A stretch of DNA of 64,000 nt from Pirellulales bacterium (GCA_963733035.1 CAVTBU010000009.1:96001-160000); one strand, 5' to 3'. Numbered from the stretch's first letter, positions 11,661-22,316 are shown. Notes: generated by a model not told the origin, from the sequence alone. Made by a program: numbers and translations.

Positions 11661-12845
11661 ATGTCACAAGTGCTCAAGGGAATCCGTGTGCTCGACTTTG
11701 GACGCTACATTGCCGGGCCGTATTGCGCGATGATGCTGGCGGATTTTGGGGCCGATGTGATTCGTATCGAGCGCCGCGAAGGCGGAGAAGACCGCCCGGT
11801 CGGGCCCGTCGTGGAAAGCGGCGAGGGAGGACTGTATCTCAGCATCAACCGCAACAAGCGCGGGCTGACGCTCGACCCGTCAAATCCCGAGGCGGAGGAA
11901 ATCGTCCGCCGGCTGGTGAGCAAGGCGGACATTGTCATTGCCAACCTGCCGCTGAACGTGCTGCAGAAGCTGAAGCTCGATTTTGATTCACTCAAGCCGA
12001 TCAAGAACGACATAATTCTCGTGATGGGCTCGGCATTTGGTCCTGATGGACCGTATCGGGATCGAGTCGGCTTCGACGGTATCGCGCAAGCGATGAGCGG
12101 GGCTATGGGACTTACCGGTTTTCCCGAGGCGCCGGTCCGCAGCGTTGTTTCCTGGGTTGACTACGGCACGGCGTTGCATGCCGCCTTTGGAGCGATGGCG
12201 GCGCTCATGCACCGACAGCAAACCGGGCAGGGCCAGGTAGTCGACGTGTCGCTGTTGGCCACAAGCGTTACGTTCATGATGCCCTTGCTGGCGGAACGGA
12301 TGATGACCGACATTCACCGCGTCCGGCAGGGGAACGCCAGTTACTTCGCCGCACCTGCGGACAGCTATCGGACGCGTGACGGTTGGGTACTCGTGCCCAC
12401 GATCGGCCAGCCAATGTTCCGACGCTGGGCCCGGCTGATGGGTCGCGAAGATTTGCTCGACGACCCGCGGCTGCAAGACGACATCAGCCGGGGGAACAAC
12501 TACCAGCTCGTCAACGAAGTGATGACAATCTGGTGCGCCGAACGAACGCGCGACGAAGCCGTGGCGGCGCTCGAAGCAGCGCGGATTCCTTGCGGGCCGG
12601 TGTATGAACTTGACGAAGTGCTCAGCGATCCTCAGGTCGCGGCCCGGCGTTTGATCGAGAAAACGCAATTTGCCGGCAGCAGTCGTGATGTACCTGTCGC
12701 CAACACGCCGGTGCGGCTGAGCGGCTCGCCGGGAGAAATTCGTCACGGCGCGCCGGCACTGGGCCAGCACACCACCGAGATCCTCGCGGAGCATGGTTTT
12801 TCAGCGGCCGAGATTGCGGTATTTCGCGAGCGGGACGTCGTCTAG
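11661..12845 (+). CDS. CoA-transferase family III (CaiB/BaiF)
   Basis: LKGIRVLDF..IAGP, FGADVIRIE, NRNKR, GFDGIAQAMSG and APALGQHT motifs. Confidence 0.93.
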   Translation: MSQVLKGIRVLDFGRYIAGPYCAMMLADFGADVIRIERREGGEDRPVGPVVESGEGGLYLSINRNKRGLTLDPSNPEAEEIVRRLVSKADIVIANLPLNVLQKLKLDFDSLKPIKNDIILVMGSAFGPDGPYRDRVGFDGIAQAMSGAMGLTGFPEAPVRSVVSWVDYGTALHAAFGAMAALMHRQQTGQGQVVDVSLLATSVTFMMPLLAERMMTDIHRVRQGNASYFAAPADSYRTRDGWVLVPTIGQPMFRRWARLMGREDLLDDPRLQDDISRGNNYQLVNEVMTIWCAERTRDEAVAALEAARIPCGPVYELDEVLSDPQVAARRLIEKTQFAGSSRDVPVANTPVRLSGSPGEIRHGAPALGQHTTEILAEHGFSAAEIAVFRERDVV

Positions 12846-12856
12846 CGAACTACGAC

Positions 12857-14242
12857 TCATTCAGTCGCGTTGCCCGGAAAGGGCCCTTGGTTCCACGACC
12901 AAAGGGGCCAACGGGTGTTCGCCGAGCGCATCGTTTCCTCGCCGTTGATGAAGCCGGCGGCGAAGACGATCGCCACAAACGCAATTGCTGTGGCGGCCAC
13001 CCAACGAACCCAGGGGACGGGCACATCGGGCGAATCGGTTGCCGGATCCGCCGACGGCTTGGGCCGAGCCACCGCGGTCGCGACGACGTAAAATGCCATC
13101 AGCGAGAAGATCACCCAAAACACATTATGCATGTTGAGTTGCTTGTCGCGGTGTGGATAGAAGAAATACAGGGCGTTGAGGTTCTGAAACAGCAGCATCG
13201 TGAGCGACAGCCACATCACGGGAAACCAGGCCAGCGACAACCAGCGGCGAAAATCGATGACCATCCAGACGGCCGCACCGGCGAACCCCATGATGCAAAC
13301 CGCGTCGAGCAACCGGAGTATCGTTTCGGCAAGCTCCGGCGGCTGCTGGTAGCCATACGATCGGAGTTGGTTGGCCCAATCCGTCAGCTTTTCCTCGGCA
13401 TTGATACGCGACAAGCGGTGCCAAAGCGGGATTATTCCTAGCACGTAGATCATGCTCAGCACGGAAGCCCAGCCATAGTTCTCGCGCTCCGGGGGCGACG
13501 GATAGGCGTACTTGAGCATTCCAAACGCGAAGATAAAGCCGCCAATCAGCCCGCAAGAAACTTCCATCACGTTCCAGTGGTTGATCGTGAAGTCGAGGCT
13601 CGTGGTTTGCAGCACATTGGCGATGTTGCCAAGCAGCCGGCCGCCCGACATTCCCAGGCCGAAGCCCAGGTATCCGAGCAGTCCGCCACGAAAGCCGCTC
13701 CACTTACGATTCCAGGCCAGCCAGACGAGCTGCGCAAGTGCCGCGCCAAAAAACGTGATCGACGTGTTATTGCGGGGGGGATTGATATCGAAGCCAAGCC
13801 AGGTGACGACGATCAGCGAAGCAAACCAGCCGCCCGCCAGGACAGAACCGATGAGGCCCAGCCACTGGCCCGTTTTCATCGGTTCGCGTTCGAGCACGAG
13901 GCCGACCATCGCGCCGCCGAAAGTTCCCCAGGCGGCACCCTGTAGAAAGAGCGTGAGGAAGCCATAGGAGTAATTGATGAATGTGTCGGACTGCGCGTAG
14001 CCGTGGAGGATGCCATAACTCATGGTGCCGCCAGAGCCGATGCCGATGGCTGAGAGGGCCGCAATGACCGGCATCCACAAGAACAGCGAGCGTTGCCGGC
14101 TAACGTAAGCCAGCCCCAGGGCGAGGCACGCGCCCGGGTACATCGCCCCAATCAGGTGGCCAAAGTCGCCGCGGATACCCCAGCCCAGGCCGACAGCCAG
14201 TGCCACGAACGCACTCCGTACGAGCAGATCCGCCAAAGTCAC
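12857..14242 (-). CDS. Polytopic membrane protein, unknown function
   Basis: Many hydrophobic segments; GWGIRGDFGH and GGTMSYG motifs. GTG start overlaps the stop of the upstream cyclase gene (GTGA). Confidence 0.75.
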   Translation of the reverse strand: MTLADLLVRSAFVALAVGLGWGIRGDFGHLIGAMYPGACLALGLAYVSRQRSLFLWMPVIAALSAIGIGSGGTMSYGILHGYAQSDTFINYSYGFLTLFLQGAAWGTFGGAMVGLVLEREPMKTGQWLGLIGSVLAGGWFASLIVVTWLGFDINPPRNNTSITFFGAALAQLVWLAWNRKWSGFRGGLLGYLGFGLGMSGGRLLGNIANVLQTTSLDFTINHWNVMEVSCGLIGGFIFAFGMLKYAYPSPPERENYGWASVLSMIYVLGIIPLWHRLSRINAEEKLTDWANQLRSYGYQQPPELAETILRLLDAVCIMGFAGAAVWMVIDFRRWLSLAWFPVMWLSLTMLLFQNLNALYFFYPHRDKQLNMHNVFWVIFSLMAFYVVATAVARPKPSADPATDSPDVPVPWVRWVAATAIAFVAIVFAAGFINGEETMRSANTRWPLWSWNQGPFPGNATE

Positions 14243-15042
14243 ATTGTTTCTCCGCTGGTTGTTTCCTCGGGTACGAGCGCGACGGCGCGGCACCAGGCGG
14301 CGCTGGCCTTGTGAATTTTTACTGGCAGGCACGACAGATGAAATCCATATGGGCGTGGAAGCTGATCGAGGTTCGCGAGCTTCTCGATTTGGCAATACTC
14401 GCGCGTGATGCCGGCGAAATGGGCCGGCCAGATGTAGCGGCTGTCGCCCGTGCGGTCGTAGTCGGCCTTCATGTCGGCAAATGGTCGATCGAGCGTGTAC
14501 GCGTCGATGCCGATCACCTTCACGCCTTGTTCGCAAAGCCAAAGTGTTCCCTCGCGCCCAAGGCCCGGCTGGGCGAAATAGGCCGAAGAGCCCATCCGTT
14601 TGTCGGCATCGGTTCGCAAGAGGACAATGTCCAGTGGCCGTAGGGTGTACTCGATCTTGTCGAGAGCCGCCTGCAGGTCATTAACGGTGATGAACTCGCC
14701 GGGTTGCTTGTGCCGCACGTCGATAACCACCCCGGGTGCGAAGCACCACTCAAGCGGCACCTCGTCGATCGTCCGTGCCGGACGACCTTCTGAGACGGGA
14801 GCATAGTGATAGGGCGCGTCGACATGTGTACCTGTATGCGTGATAGCGCGAATCTCCTCGACGGCCCAACCGCGTCCCTCGGAGTAGACGAGATCCTCCG
14901 GCTTGATGCCGAAGTAGTGTTGCATCTGCTGGAGCCCTTCGCCGCCATGCACGACGTACCGGATGTCGGCCGGCATCGGCTCACTTGGAGCCAGGTGCTC
15001 AAGCGGAACGCTCAAGTCGATAATGCGGTGGCGGGGAAACAT
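14239..15042 (-). CDS. Cyclase family (kynurenine formamidase-like) metallohydrolase
   Basis: IIDLSVPL, HTGTHVDAPYH, GIDA and IEKLANL motifs. Confidence 0.9.
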   Translation of the reverse strand: MFPRHRIIDLSVPLEHLAPSEPMPADIRYVVHGGEGLQQMQHYFGIKPEDLVYSEGRGWAVEEIRAITHTGTHVDAPYHYAPVSEGRPARTIDEVPLEWCFAPGVVIDVRHKQPGEFITVNDLQAALDKIEYTLRPLDIVLLRTDADKRMGSSAYFAQPGLGREGTLWLCEQGVKVIGIDAYTLDRPFADMKADYDRTGDSRYIWPAHFAGITREYCQIEKLANLDQLPRPYGFHLSCLPVKIHKASAAWCRAVALVPEETTSGETM

Positions 15043-15167
15043 TCGACTGCTTTCGGCGGGCGGGCTACTTGCGTTACATTAGCGATTCCGCGAGCTGCGT
15101 GCCAGTCGCCTGCGCACAGGACGTGGCAGGTGGCCGCATCGATTCCAAAGGTCAGAAGGAGTTTGCC

Positions 15168-15989
15168 ATGTCGAGCGGAACTCATAGAGCAGAGCCGCTT
15201 CTCGTTGAGCGCCACGAAGTCGACGGCGGCGTGATCCTCCAAATCACGATCAATCGGCCGGAAGTGCACAACGCAGTCGACGGTATCACGGCCAAGTTGC
15301 TGCTAGAGGCGTGGCGGGCCTTTCGCGACGACGATTTGCTGACTGTGGCCGTGCTGCACGGAGCAGGAGACAAGTCATTTTGCTCGGGCGCTGACCTGAT
15401 GGGGCTGGAATCACTCGCTCACTTGGGCGCAACGCGGGAGGAGATAGCGGCCTTCATCGAACACGGCACGGGGCCGATGGGGGGCACGCGGATCGTGCAG
15501 ACCAAGCCCGTCATCACCGTGGCTCAGGGCTATGCCTACGCCGGCGGCTTGGAGCTGTTTTGCCATGGACACATCCGTCTGGCCGAGCCAGCGGCGACGT
15601 TTTCCGTGGCTTGCCGGCGCTGGGGCGTGCCGTTGGTCGATGGCGGCACGGTCTATCTGCCGCGGATGATCGGCTGGGGGCCCGCACTGCCGCTGATCAT
15701 TACCGGCCAGCGTATCACCGCGGAACGGGCGTATCAGCTTGGCTTGGTGTGGGAGTTGGTCGAAACCGGCCAAGGACTGGAACGCGCGATGAACATGGCA
15801 AAGCAAATCTGCCGCCAGCCGCGCGATGCGATGCTGGCCGATCTGAACTCAGCCGTCCACGGATTCAACCTGCCACTGGACAAAGCATTTGAATTGGAAG
15901 CAGAAAGCTTGCATCCGGTGATGCGCAGCGAGAGCACGCGGAAGGGAGTGGACGCTTTTCAGCGCGGCGAGCGGTTTTGGTTTGAGTAG
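15168..15989 (+). CDS. Enoyl-CoA hydratase/isomerase family protein
   Basis: NRPEVHNA, FCSGADL, AGGLEL and CRRWGVPLVDGGT motifs; AGGAG upstream of ATG 15168. Confidence 0.9.
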   Translation: MSSGTHRAEPLLVERHEVDGGVILQITINRPEVHNAVDGITAKLLLEAWRAFRDDDLLTVAVLHGAGDKSFCSGADLMGLESLAHLGATREEIAAFIEHGTGPMGGTRIVQTKPVITVAQGYAYAGGLELFCHGHIRLAEPAATFSVACRRWGVPLVDGGTVYLPRMIGWGPALPLIITGQRITAERAYQLGLVWELVETGQGLERAMNMAKQICRQPRDAMLADLNSAVHGFNLPLDKAFELEAESLHPVMRSESTRKGVDAFQRGERFWFE

Positions 15990-16059
15990 GGCGTTTCGGC
16001 GGACGCAACCGCAAAGCGCCGACGGCGTTGCCTCCGGGCTAAACGTTTTAGAAGGCCGA

Positions 16060-18510
16060 TTAAGCTGCTGGCTTGAGCACCAGCGTGTGTTCGGTTTTGC
16101 CGGGCAGGAATGGGCTTGGTTCGCCGTTGGCCCAGGCCGGATGGCTGTCGCGATAATGGGGCGAAAGGGGATGGCCCGACTGCCCGCACGGCATGTGCAT
16201 GTAGCCGTCTTCCTCGCGGCCAGGAGAAACCGCCATCCGCTGCGAAGCACCACGGGTGGGTGCTTGGATCCGCGGCATGTTGTCGGTGTCGCCATTGAGG
16301 GGCTCAGGCTCCATGTCGAGCCAGCCGGCCAGCCGAGGCACGGCGAGACTTAGCGGATGTTGGATGCGCGTCGTGTTGTAGTTGCCCCAGGTATAGCTGG
16401 CCAGCCTATTCCCGTCCGAGGTACCTTCGTCGATTACATCATCGGCCGCGGCCAGCAGCAATTCGTGCCACGTTTCGTAGCGCGGGTCGATCAGATGTTC
16501 AGGCTGTTCCGAAACTAGCCGCCAAATTGCGCCCTCAACCCGCTCGTAGCGGCCGAGGCGAAAATCCTCATCGAGCTGTCGCGCCGGGGTGCCGAGCACA
16601 TCGCACAGCTGGGCCACGAGCTTGCGGCGAAATTCGCGCACTGCGCGGAAACCGACCGAGTCGACCGCCGCGCGGCCGCCCCAATCTTCCACGTATCCAT
16701 GCAACTCCTGGCGGCGGGGATGATCCTTGAGGGCCTGCTCGTCCAGCGTGTCGAGTAGAAGTTTTTGCCACGGCTCCAAGAGCACCGCCTTGTCATCAAG
16801 CTGGATTCGCAGCATGTCGGCTTCGGTCGCGTTCTCGGTAGCCAACAGATCGTCACGAATCTGTCGCTGGCGAGCGCCCAGGTCGTAGCCGCCGTCACCG
16901 ATGACTTTCAGGTAATCGTCGCTAACGACCCGGGCGTTGGCCGTCCAAATGCGGCCGACTTCCGGTTCAATAATTCGTGGGTATTCTTCGGGGGTGAGGT
17001 AACCTTCCCAGCGATGCGAACCATCGGCCCACGAACTCGGAAGCCGGCCGTCGAAGCCGACGCGGCGGGGAATGCGGCCTAGGATCGTCCAGGCGATGCG
17101 GCCTTGGTCGTCGGCCACCACGAAGTTCTGCGCGGGCGAACCGCTGAGATTCGCCAGGCGCAAAGCGTCTTCGAGCGTTTGAGCCGACTCCAAGTTGATC
17201 AGGTTCATGTTCACGCCATCGGCATCGTGCGCTACCCAGCGCACGGCAAGCGGGCGGCCTTCGTGATCATGCTTCAGAACAGGACCCCAGATCGTGGAGA
17301 CGATCTCGAGCTTCTCGTCGGGCCTGCCTTTGACTTTGATGGTTTCTTCCAGATGCTCGAACTTTCTCGGCCCGTTTGGCGTCAGGTACGAATCCTTGTC
17401 GTCCGGATCGACCTCGACGATAACGACATCGGCCCAGTCGCCTTCGCTGTTGGTGAATCCCCAGGCAACGTGGCCGTTGCTGCCCACCACAAGCGCGGGT
17501 GTGCCAGGAAGCGTCACGCCCGTGACACGCCGTTCCTTTACTTTTTCGTGCTTGACGGTCCCTTCCGTAGCGTTTGCATCGTCACTATCTGCTGCCGGCC
17601 AGACAAACGATGCCCGATACCAGATGTGCGGCACACGAATGCCAAGGTGCATGTCGTCGGCCACCAGCGCGCGTCCGTCCGCCGTTTGTTGGCCCGACAC
17701 GGCCCAGTTGTTGCTGCCCAGACGGAAGTGGTCGATCGGGGCAAGCTGCGACTTGGGGGTCAACGAGCTTCGCGCAACTTGCGTCTCGCTACGGGCATCA
17801 AAGATTTCAGGACCGGGGATTGCCGGAGTGACGAATGCGTCGCCATGAATCGGCGCGTCCCACTCGGTTCCCATCGGCGCCAGGAAATCGAACATCGCTT
17901 TGGGCACAGACGCCTGCAAGACGCCGAGCGCGACTTCGTCGCGGAAGTCGGTACCCTGCAGGTCGAGATACATCGAGAACATGACCAGCGCCGAGTCCTC
18001 GGGCTTCCAAGGGGCGGGCTCAACACCAAGCAGCAGATACTCAAACGGCTTGTTCTTAAGCGATGCCAGCCCGGCATTCGCACCCTTGGCGTAGGCGTCG
18101 AGCAGCGCGCGGTCCTCGTCGTTGCCGGCAGCAATCACATCTTTAGCACGCTTGCGAAATTGATTAACGCGAGCGTCACGATCGTTATCCAGCACTGCCG
18201 GGCCAACCAACTCGGCCAATTCGCCGGCCGAATTGCGGCGCAAGAGGTCCATCTGGAAAAAGCGATCTTGCGCGTGCAGAAATCCCGTGGCATAGGCCAG
18301 GTCGAAACGGTTCTGCGCGCGGATGGTCGGAATGCCCAGTCCATCACGTTCGACGGTCACCGGTGCTTTCAAACCGGCGGCCACGACTTGACCATCAAGT
18401 TGCGGAAGGCTGCCGGTCAGTTGGCCGCGAATCCAAACCGCACCGACCGCGATAATCACAATGAGAATAACAGCCATGCCGGCCGCATATTTGAGGAGAC
18501 GCTTGCGCAT
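16060..18510 (-). CDS. Penicillin acylase family (Ntn hydrolase, peptidase S45)
   Basis: N-terminal TM anchor; GFLHAQDRFFQMDLLRR, nucleophile GSNNWAV, DMHL, WTANAR and GQSGHPLSPHY motifs. Confidence 0.93.
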   Translation of the reverse strand: MRKRLLKYAAGMAVILIVIIAVGAVWIRGQLTGSLPQLDGQVVAAGLKAPVTVERDGLGIPTIRAQNRFDLAYATGFLHAQDRFFQMDLLRRNSAGELAELVGPAVLDNDRDARVNQFRKRAKDVIAAGNDEDRALLDAYAKGANAGLASLKNKPFEYLLLGVEPAPWKPEDSALVMFSMYLDLQGTDFRDEVALGVLQASVPKAMFDFLAPMGTEWDAPIHGDAFVTPAIPGPEIFDARSETQVARSSLTPKSQLAPIDHFRLGSNNWAVSGQQTADGRALVADDMHLGIRVPHIWYRASFVWPAADSDDANATEGTVKHEKVKERRVTGVTLPGTPALVVGSNGHVAWGFTNSEGDWADVVIVEVDPDDKDSYLTPNGPRKFEHLEETIKVKGRPDEKLEIVSTIWGPVLKHDHEGRPLAVRWVAHDADGVNMNLINLESAQTLEDALRLANLSGSPAQNFVVADDQGRIAWTILGRIPRRVGFDGRLPSSWADGSHRWEGYLTPEEYPRIIEPEVGRIWTANARVVSDDYLKVIGDGGYDLGARQRQIRDDLLATENATEADMLRIQLDDKAVLLEPWQKLLLDTLDEQALKDHPRRQELHGYVEDWGGRAAVDSVGFRAVREFRRKLVAQLCDVLGTPARQLDEDFRLGRYERVEGAIWRLVSEQPEHLIDPRYETWHELLLAAADDVIDEGTSDGNRLASYTWGNYNTTRIQHPLSLAVPRLAGWLDMEPEPLNGDTDNMPRIQAPTRGASQRMAVSPGREEDGYMHMPCGQSGHPLSPHYRDSHPAWANGEPSPFLPGKTEHTLVLKPAA

Positions 18511-18757
18511 GTCGATTCCCCAGTAGAATGGCGGGGTGAGAAGACGGATGCCACGTAAATGCTTATTTTCGGCCGGTTGCCGGCGGGCTGCAAGGGTCGA
18601 ACGGTCGACCAAATTCTGTTCACAGGACGAAAGAACTTCCGTCAAGTGGCCATCGGCGAAGGTAATTGGCGAGCAGCGGTTGTCCCGCGCTCACTGTGCG
18701 GCCGATGCCGCCAAGCAATTCTGGTAGAATCGTGGGCCGCCCCAGGAGCCTCGCCGA

Positions 18758-19258
18758 ATGACGATCGACCCGAACTTGCGGATTCGCCAGTTAACGACCG
18801 CCGATGAGCCATTCCTCTGGGAAGCGGCCTATCATGCCATCTTTGTTCCGTCTGGCCAATCGCCGCCGCCACGAAGCATTCTGGCCGACCCGAACATCGC
18901 GCGGTACGTCCAAAACTGGGGTCGAAAAGGAGATCTGGGATTTGCAGCCGAACTCGCCGGTCGAAGGATCGGAGCCTGTTGGCTGCGGCTGTGGTCTGGT
19001 AAAGATCGCGGTTACGGGTACATCGACACGGAAACGCCGGAGCTCTCGCTGGCAGTTTGGCCTGGTCATCGGGCGAAGGGAATTGGCACGCGATTGCTCA
19101 AGGCAACGTTGGCAGAGGCCACGGACTATTCCGGTGTGTCATTGAGCGTTAGCTCCATCAACCCCGCCGTGAGGTTGTACGACCGAATGGGGTTCGCGCG
19201 CATTGATGTGCAAGGCAGCAGCCTGGTCATGCTGCGGCGAAGGGAAAGTTCTGGCTGA
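18758..19258 (+). CDS. GNAT family N-acetyltransferase
   Basis: Motifs HRAKGIGTRLL and NPAVRLYDRMGF. Confidence 0.88.
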   Translation: MTIDPNLRIRQLTTADEPFLWEAAYHAIFVPSGQSPPPRSILADPNIARYVQNWGRKGDLGFAAELAGRRIGACWLRLWSGKDRGYGYIDTETPELSLAVWPGHRAKGIGTRLLKATLAEATDYSGVSLSVSSINPAVRLYDRMGFARIDVQGSSLVMLRRRESSG

Positions 19259-19417
19259 CATGCTATCAATAGCGGCGCTGGGGGCCCTTGGCAGCGGAAT
19301 TTACGGTAGCCCAGATTTGGATCTCAGCGTATGTTTGGGCAACTGAACGGCCGGGGCGCCTTATCCCGCCACGCGCATACCGCAGGCAATATCTACCAAA
19401 TCTGGGAGCCATACGTG

Positions 19418-19861
19418 ATGATTTTGAGACGAATTTTGCTTGGATTGGGCATGACGGTGATGTTAGGTTTTGCCGACACTTCCGGGGCCGCCGAGCCGGG
19501 CCCCGTCGACAAGGACGCGCCCAAGGAATACACCGCCACCAAGAGCGGATTGAAGTATCGCATTTTGCGGAAGGCGAATGGAAAAAAGCCCACCGCAAAA
19601 GACACCGTGACGGTGAATTACCGTGGCTGGCTCGATAGCGGCAAAGTGTTCGATAGCTCGTACGATCGTGGCGAGCCGATCTCGTTTCCACTTAACCGCG
19701 TGATTCCTGGCTGGACCGAAGGCATGCAGCTCGTCGGCGAAGGCGGGATGATCGAATTAGAAATTCCTTCCGAGTTGGGCTACGGCGTCCGGGGTGCCCC
19801 GGGGGCAATTCCACCGAATGCCCGTCTGCACTTTCTGGTCGAGCTGATCGACGTCCAGTAA
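19418..19861 (+). CDS. FKBP-type peptidyl-prolyl cis-trans isomerase, secreted
   Basis: Signal peptide; VTVNYRGWL, FDSSYDRG, VIPGWTEG, LGYG and IPPNA motifs. Confidence 0.93.
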   Translation: MILRRILLGLGMTVMLGFADTSGAAEPGPVDKDAPKEYTATKSGLKYRILRKANGKKPTAKDTVTVNYRGWLDSGKVFDSSYDRGEPISFPLNRVIPGWTEGMQLVGEGGMIELEIPSELGYGVRGAPGAIPPNARLHFLVELIDVQ

Positions 19862-19947
19862 CTCTTCGGTTACAGGCGAGAAATCAACGCGGCCCGTTGC
19901 TTCAATTGGGAAGCAACGGGCCGCTTACTCTTGGACGCACCGCGACA

Positions 19948-21381
19948 CTAACCGAACAGCGATGTGATCGGTCGGCCGCCGTAGACTCGATTCGGGCGTC
20001 CGAAGCGATCGGCGATCGTCGCTTCCGCAGGGATGCCCAGGGCGTGCATCATCGTGGCTGCGTAGTCCAGGGGACTGACGGGCGATTCGTCGGGATGCGC
20101 TGCGTGCTTGTCGCTTCTGCCGTAAACCGCGCCGCCGCGGATGCCGCCACCGGCCAGTAGTCCGCTGTAGCAAAACGGCCAATGAGCCCGACCACCGTCG
20201 TCGGCCGAAAGGTTGTCAATCTGTGGCCGTCGGCCAAATTCCCCGACCCAAGCGACGATCGTATCTTCCAACAAGCCACGGGCGTCGAGGTCCTCTAGCA
20301 GCGCGGAAAGGGCTTGATCGGTTGGTGGGATCAGTTCCTTTTTGAGTCGCGAGAAATTTGCACCGTGGGTATCCCAGAAGTTCCTGCCGTCGTTGTGCCA
20401 ATTGACGCTCACCAGCGGCACACCGTGTTCGACAAGTCGCCGGGCCAGCAGCACGCACTGACCGTGAATATTGCGGCCGTAACGATCTCGAACAGCATCG
20501 GTCTCCTGCGAAAGATCAAACGCATTGCGTGCGGCCTGCGAGGCCAGGAGACCAAATGCCTGTCGTTTGAGACCATCCACATCGGCCGCCTCGAGAGCGG
20601 CGCGCTGACTGTCAATTTCGCCCAATAGCGTCCGGCGCGATTCGATCCGTTCATAGCTAATTCCGTCGGCCAGGCTCAATTCCTGCACGCGCCAGTCGGG
20701 TTTGCTCGGGTCGCCAGTTACGAGCAACGGATCGTACCGGTGTCCCAGAAGTCCGCCTTGCTGGCCTGGTGCCTGGCCGCCGGGCGCTGCCGGGTGGTAG
20801 GCCTTCCATGGCATGGTGACAAACGGCGGCAAGGTACCCGGGGTCTCGTGCAGATGCGCGAGCAGCGAGCCGAGGTGGGGCATGTCTCGGTCGCTTGGCG
20901 GATCGGCGTCGCTATTGATCTTGGGGGCCCAATGGCCCGTGAGCGTCGCGTGACCGCTGGACAGGTGCGCAGGATCCGTGTGGTTCAGCGAGCGGATAAT
21001 CGCCAGCTTGTCGGTCACCTGGGCCACACGCTGAAAGTGCTCACAGATTTGAAGGCCGGGCACCCGCGTCGATGTCGGCTTGAACGGGCCGCGGATTTCG
21101 TCCGGCGCCTCGGGCTTCAGGTCAAACGTGTCGAGCTGGCTGGGGCCACCCCACATGAACAGGAAGATGCAGCGTTTGGCCTTGCCAAAGCCACTTCCCT
21201 GAACACCGGCGGACGAAGCGGCCGCCTGGGCGGCCCAAAGCTGCGGCAGGCTGAGCCCCAGCAGCCCTAAGCCCCCCGCCTGTAGGATTTGGCGACGGTT
21301 GAGTTGGGAAACGCCGTTCCGCAGATCGCGGCATCCTCGATCGTTGAAGTCGCGCACTGGCTGCTGGCGGTGAGGCTTCAT
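19948..21381 (-). CDS. DUF1501 domain protein
   Basis: NRRQILQAG; GGPSQLDTFDLKP, LLARRLVEHGV, WDTH, GEFGR and HWP motifs. Confidence 0.92.
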   Translation of the reverse strand: MKPHRQQPVRDFNDRGCRDLRNGVSQLNRRQILQAGGLGLLGLSLPQLWAAQAAASSAGVQGSGFGKAKRCIFLFMWGGPSQLDTFDLKPEAPDEIRGPFKPTSTRVPGLQICEHFQRVAQVTDKLAIIRSLNHTDPAHLSSGHATLTGHWAPKINSDADPPSDRDMPHLGSLLAHLHETPGTLPPFVTMPWKAYHPAAPGGQAPGQQGGLLGHRYDPLLVTGDPSKPDWRVQELSLADGISYERIESRRTLLGEIDSQRAALEAADVDGLKRQAFGLLASQAARNAFDLSQETDAVRDRYGRNIHGQCVLLARRLVEHGVPLVSVNWHNDGRNFWDTHGANFSRLKKELIPPTDQALSALLEDLDARGLLEDTIVAWVGEFGRRPQIDNLSADDGGRAHWPFCYSGLLAGGGIRGGAVYGRSDKHAAHPDESPVSPLDYAATMMHALGIPAEATIADRFGRPNRVYGGRPITSLFG

Positions 21382-21613
21382 CGCTTCGCTTCCGTGGGAA
21401 TCGGCGGCAGGCGGCTTGTAGGCGGGCGAACGTATCGGCGTGGGTCCATGTATTCTAGCTGGTCGCTAGCGTTTTCGACCAGACGAAAATGGGTAAAATC
21501 GCGCAAACACGCGAGTGACTTTTTTTGTCAGGGGCAGGACGCTAAAGTCTACCGGTCGCACGATTAATGACCGAGCGACGCGCCTTGCGGATTGGTCGCG
21601 ACGATGAGGTAAT

Positions 21614-22276
21614 GTGGTGGAGCCAGCCTTCGACACGAAACAGGCCGTGGCGCGACTGCGCCGCGCGGACCGGGCCTTGGCTAGCGTGATCAAACGGGCG
21701 GGTGCATTCACGCATCGCCCCGAAAAAATGGAAAGCCCGTTTCAGGCGCTCTTTCGCGCGATCATCTACCAACAGCTCTCCGGCAAGGCGGCGTCGACAA
21801 TCCTGGGGCGCGTGATGGCCCACTATCCGACGCGGAGAAGCTTCAAGCCCGCCGCGGTGCTGGCCACGCCGGATGCCAAGCTGCGAGCGGCCGGAATGTC
21901 GAACGCGAAAGTGGCGGCTGTGAAGGATCTCTCGGCCAAAACGCTCGACGGTACGGTGCCCACGCTGGCCCGGCTGGTAAAGATGAGCGACGAAGAAATC
22001 ATTTCGCGGTTGGTCCAGGTACGGGGAATCGGCGTCTGGTCGGTGGAGATGCTGCTGATCTTTCGGCTGGGACGCCCGGACGTGCTGCCAGTGAGCGACT
22101 TAGGCGTGCGGAAGGGCTTCATGCTGACGTACGGGCTCGACGAATTACCAGCGCCCAAGGAGCTACTTGCGCACGGAGAGTGCTGGCGCCCCTATCGCTC
22201 GGTGGCGAGTTGGTACATGTGGCGAGCCGTCGACCTGGCAAAGAACAACGGTAACGGGCGACCGGCGCTGCCGTAG
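21614..22276 (+). CDS. DNA-3-methyladenine glycosylase II (AlkA-family HhH-GPD)
   Basis: IIYQQLSGKAA, VRGIGVWSVEM, RPDVLPVSDLG and WRPYRSVASWY motifs. Confidence 0.92.
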   Translation: MVEPAFDTKQAVARLRRADRALASVIKRAGAFTHRPEKMESPFQALFRAIIYQQLSGKAASTILGRVMAHYPTRRSFKPAAVLATPDAKLRAAGMSNAKVAAVKDLSAKTLDGTVPTLARLVKMSDEEIISRLVQVRGIGVWSVEMLLIFRLGRPDVLPVSDLGVRKGFMLTYGLDELPAPKELLAHGECWRPYRSVASWYMWRAVDLAKNNGNGRPALP

Positions 22277-22316
22277 TCGCTAATCCGTCATGCAGTGCCG
22301 GGGATAGAACCAAAAG

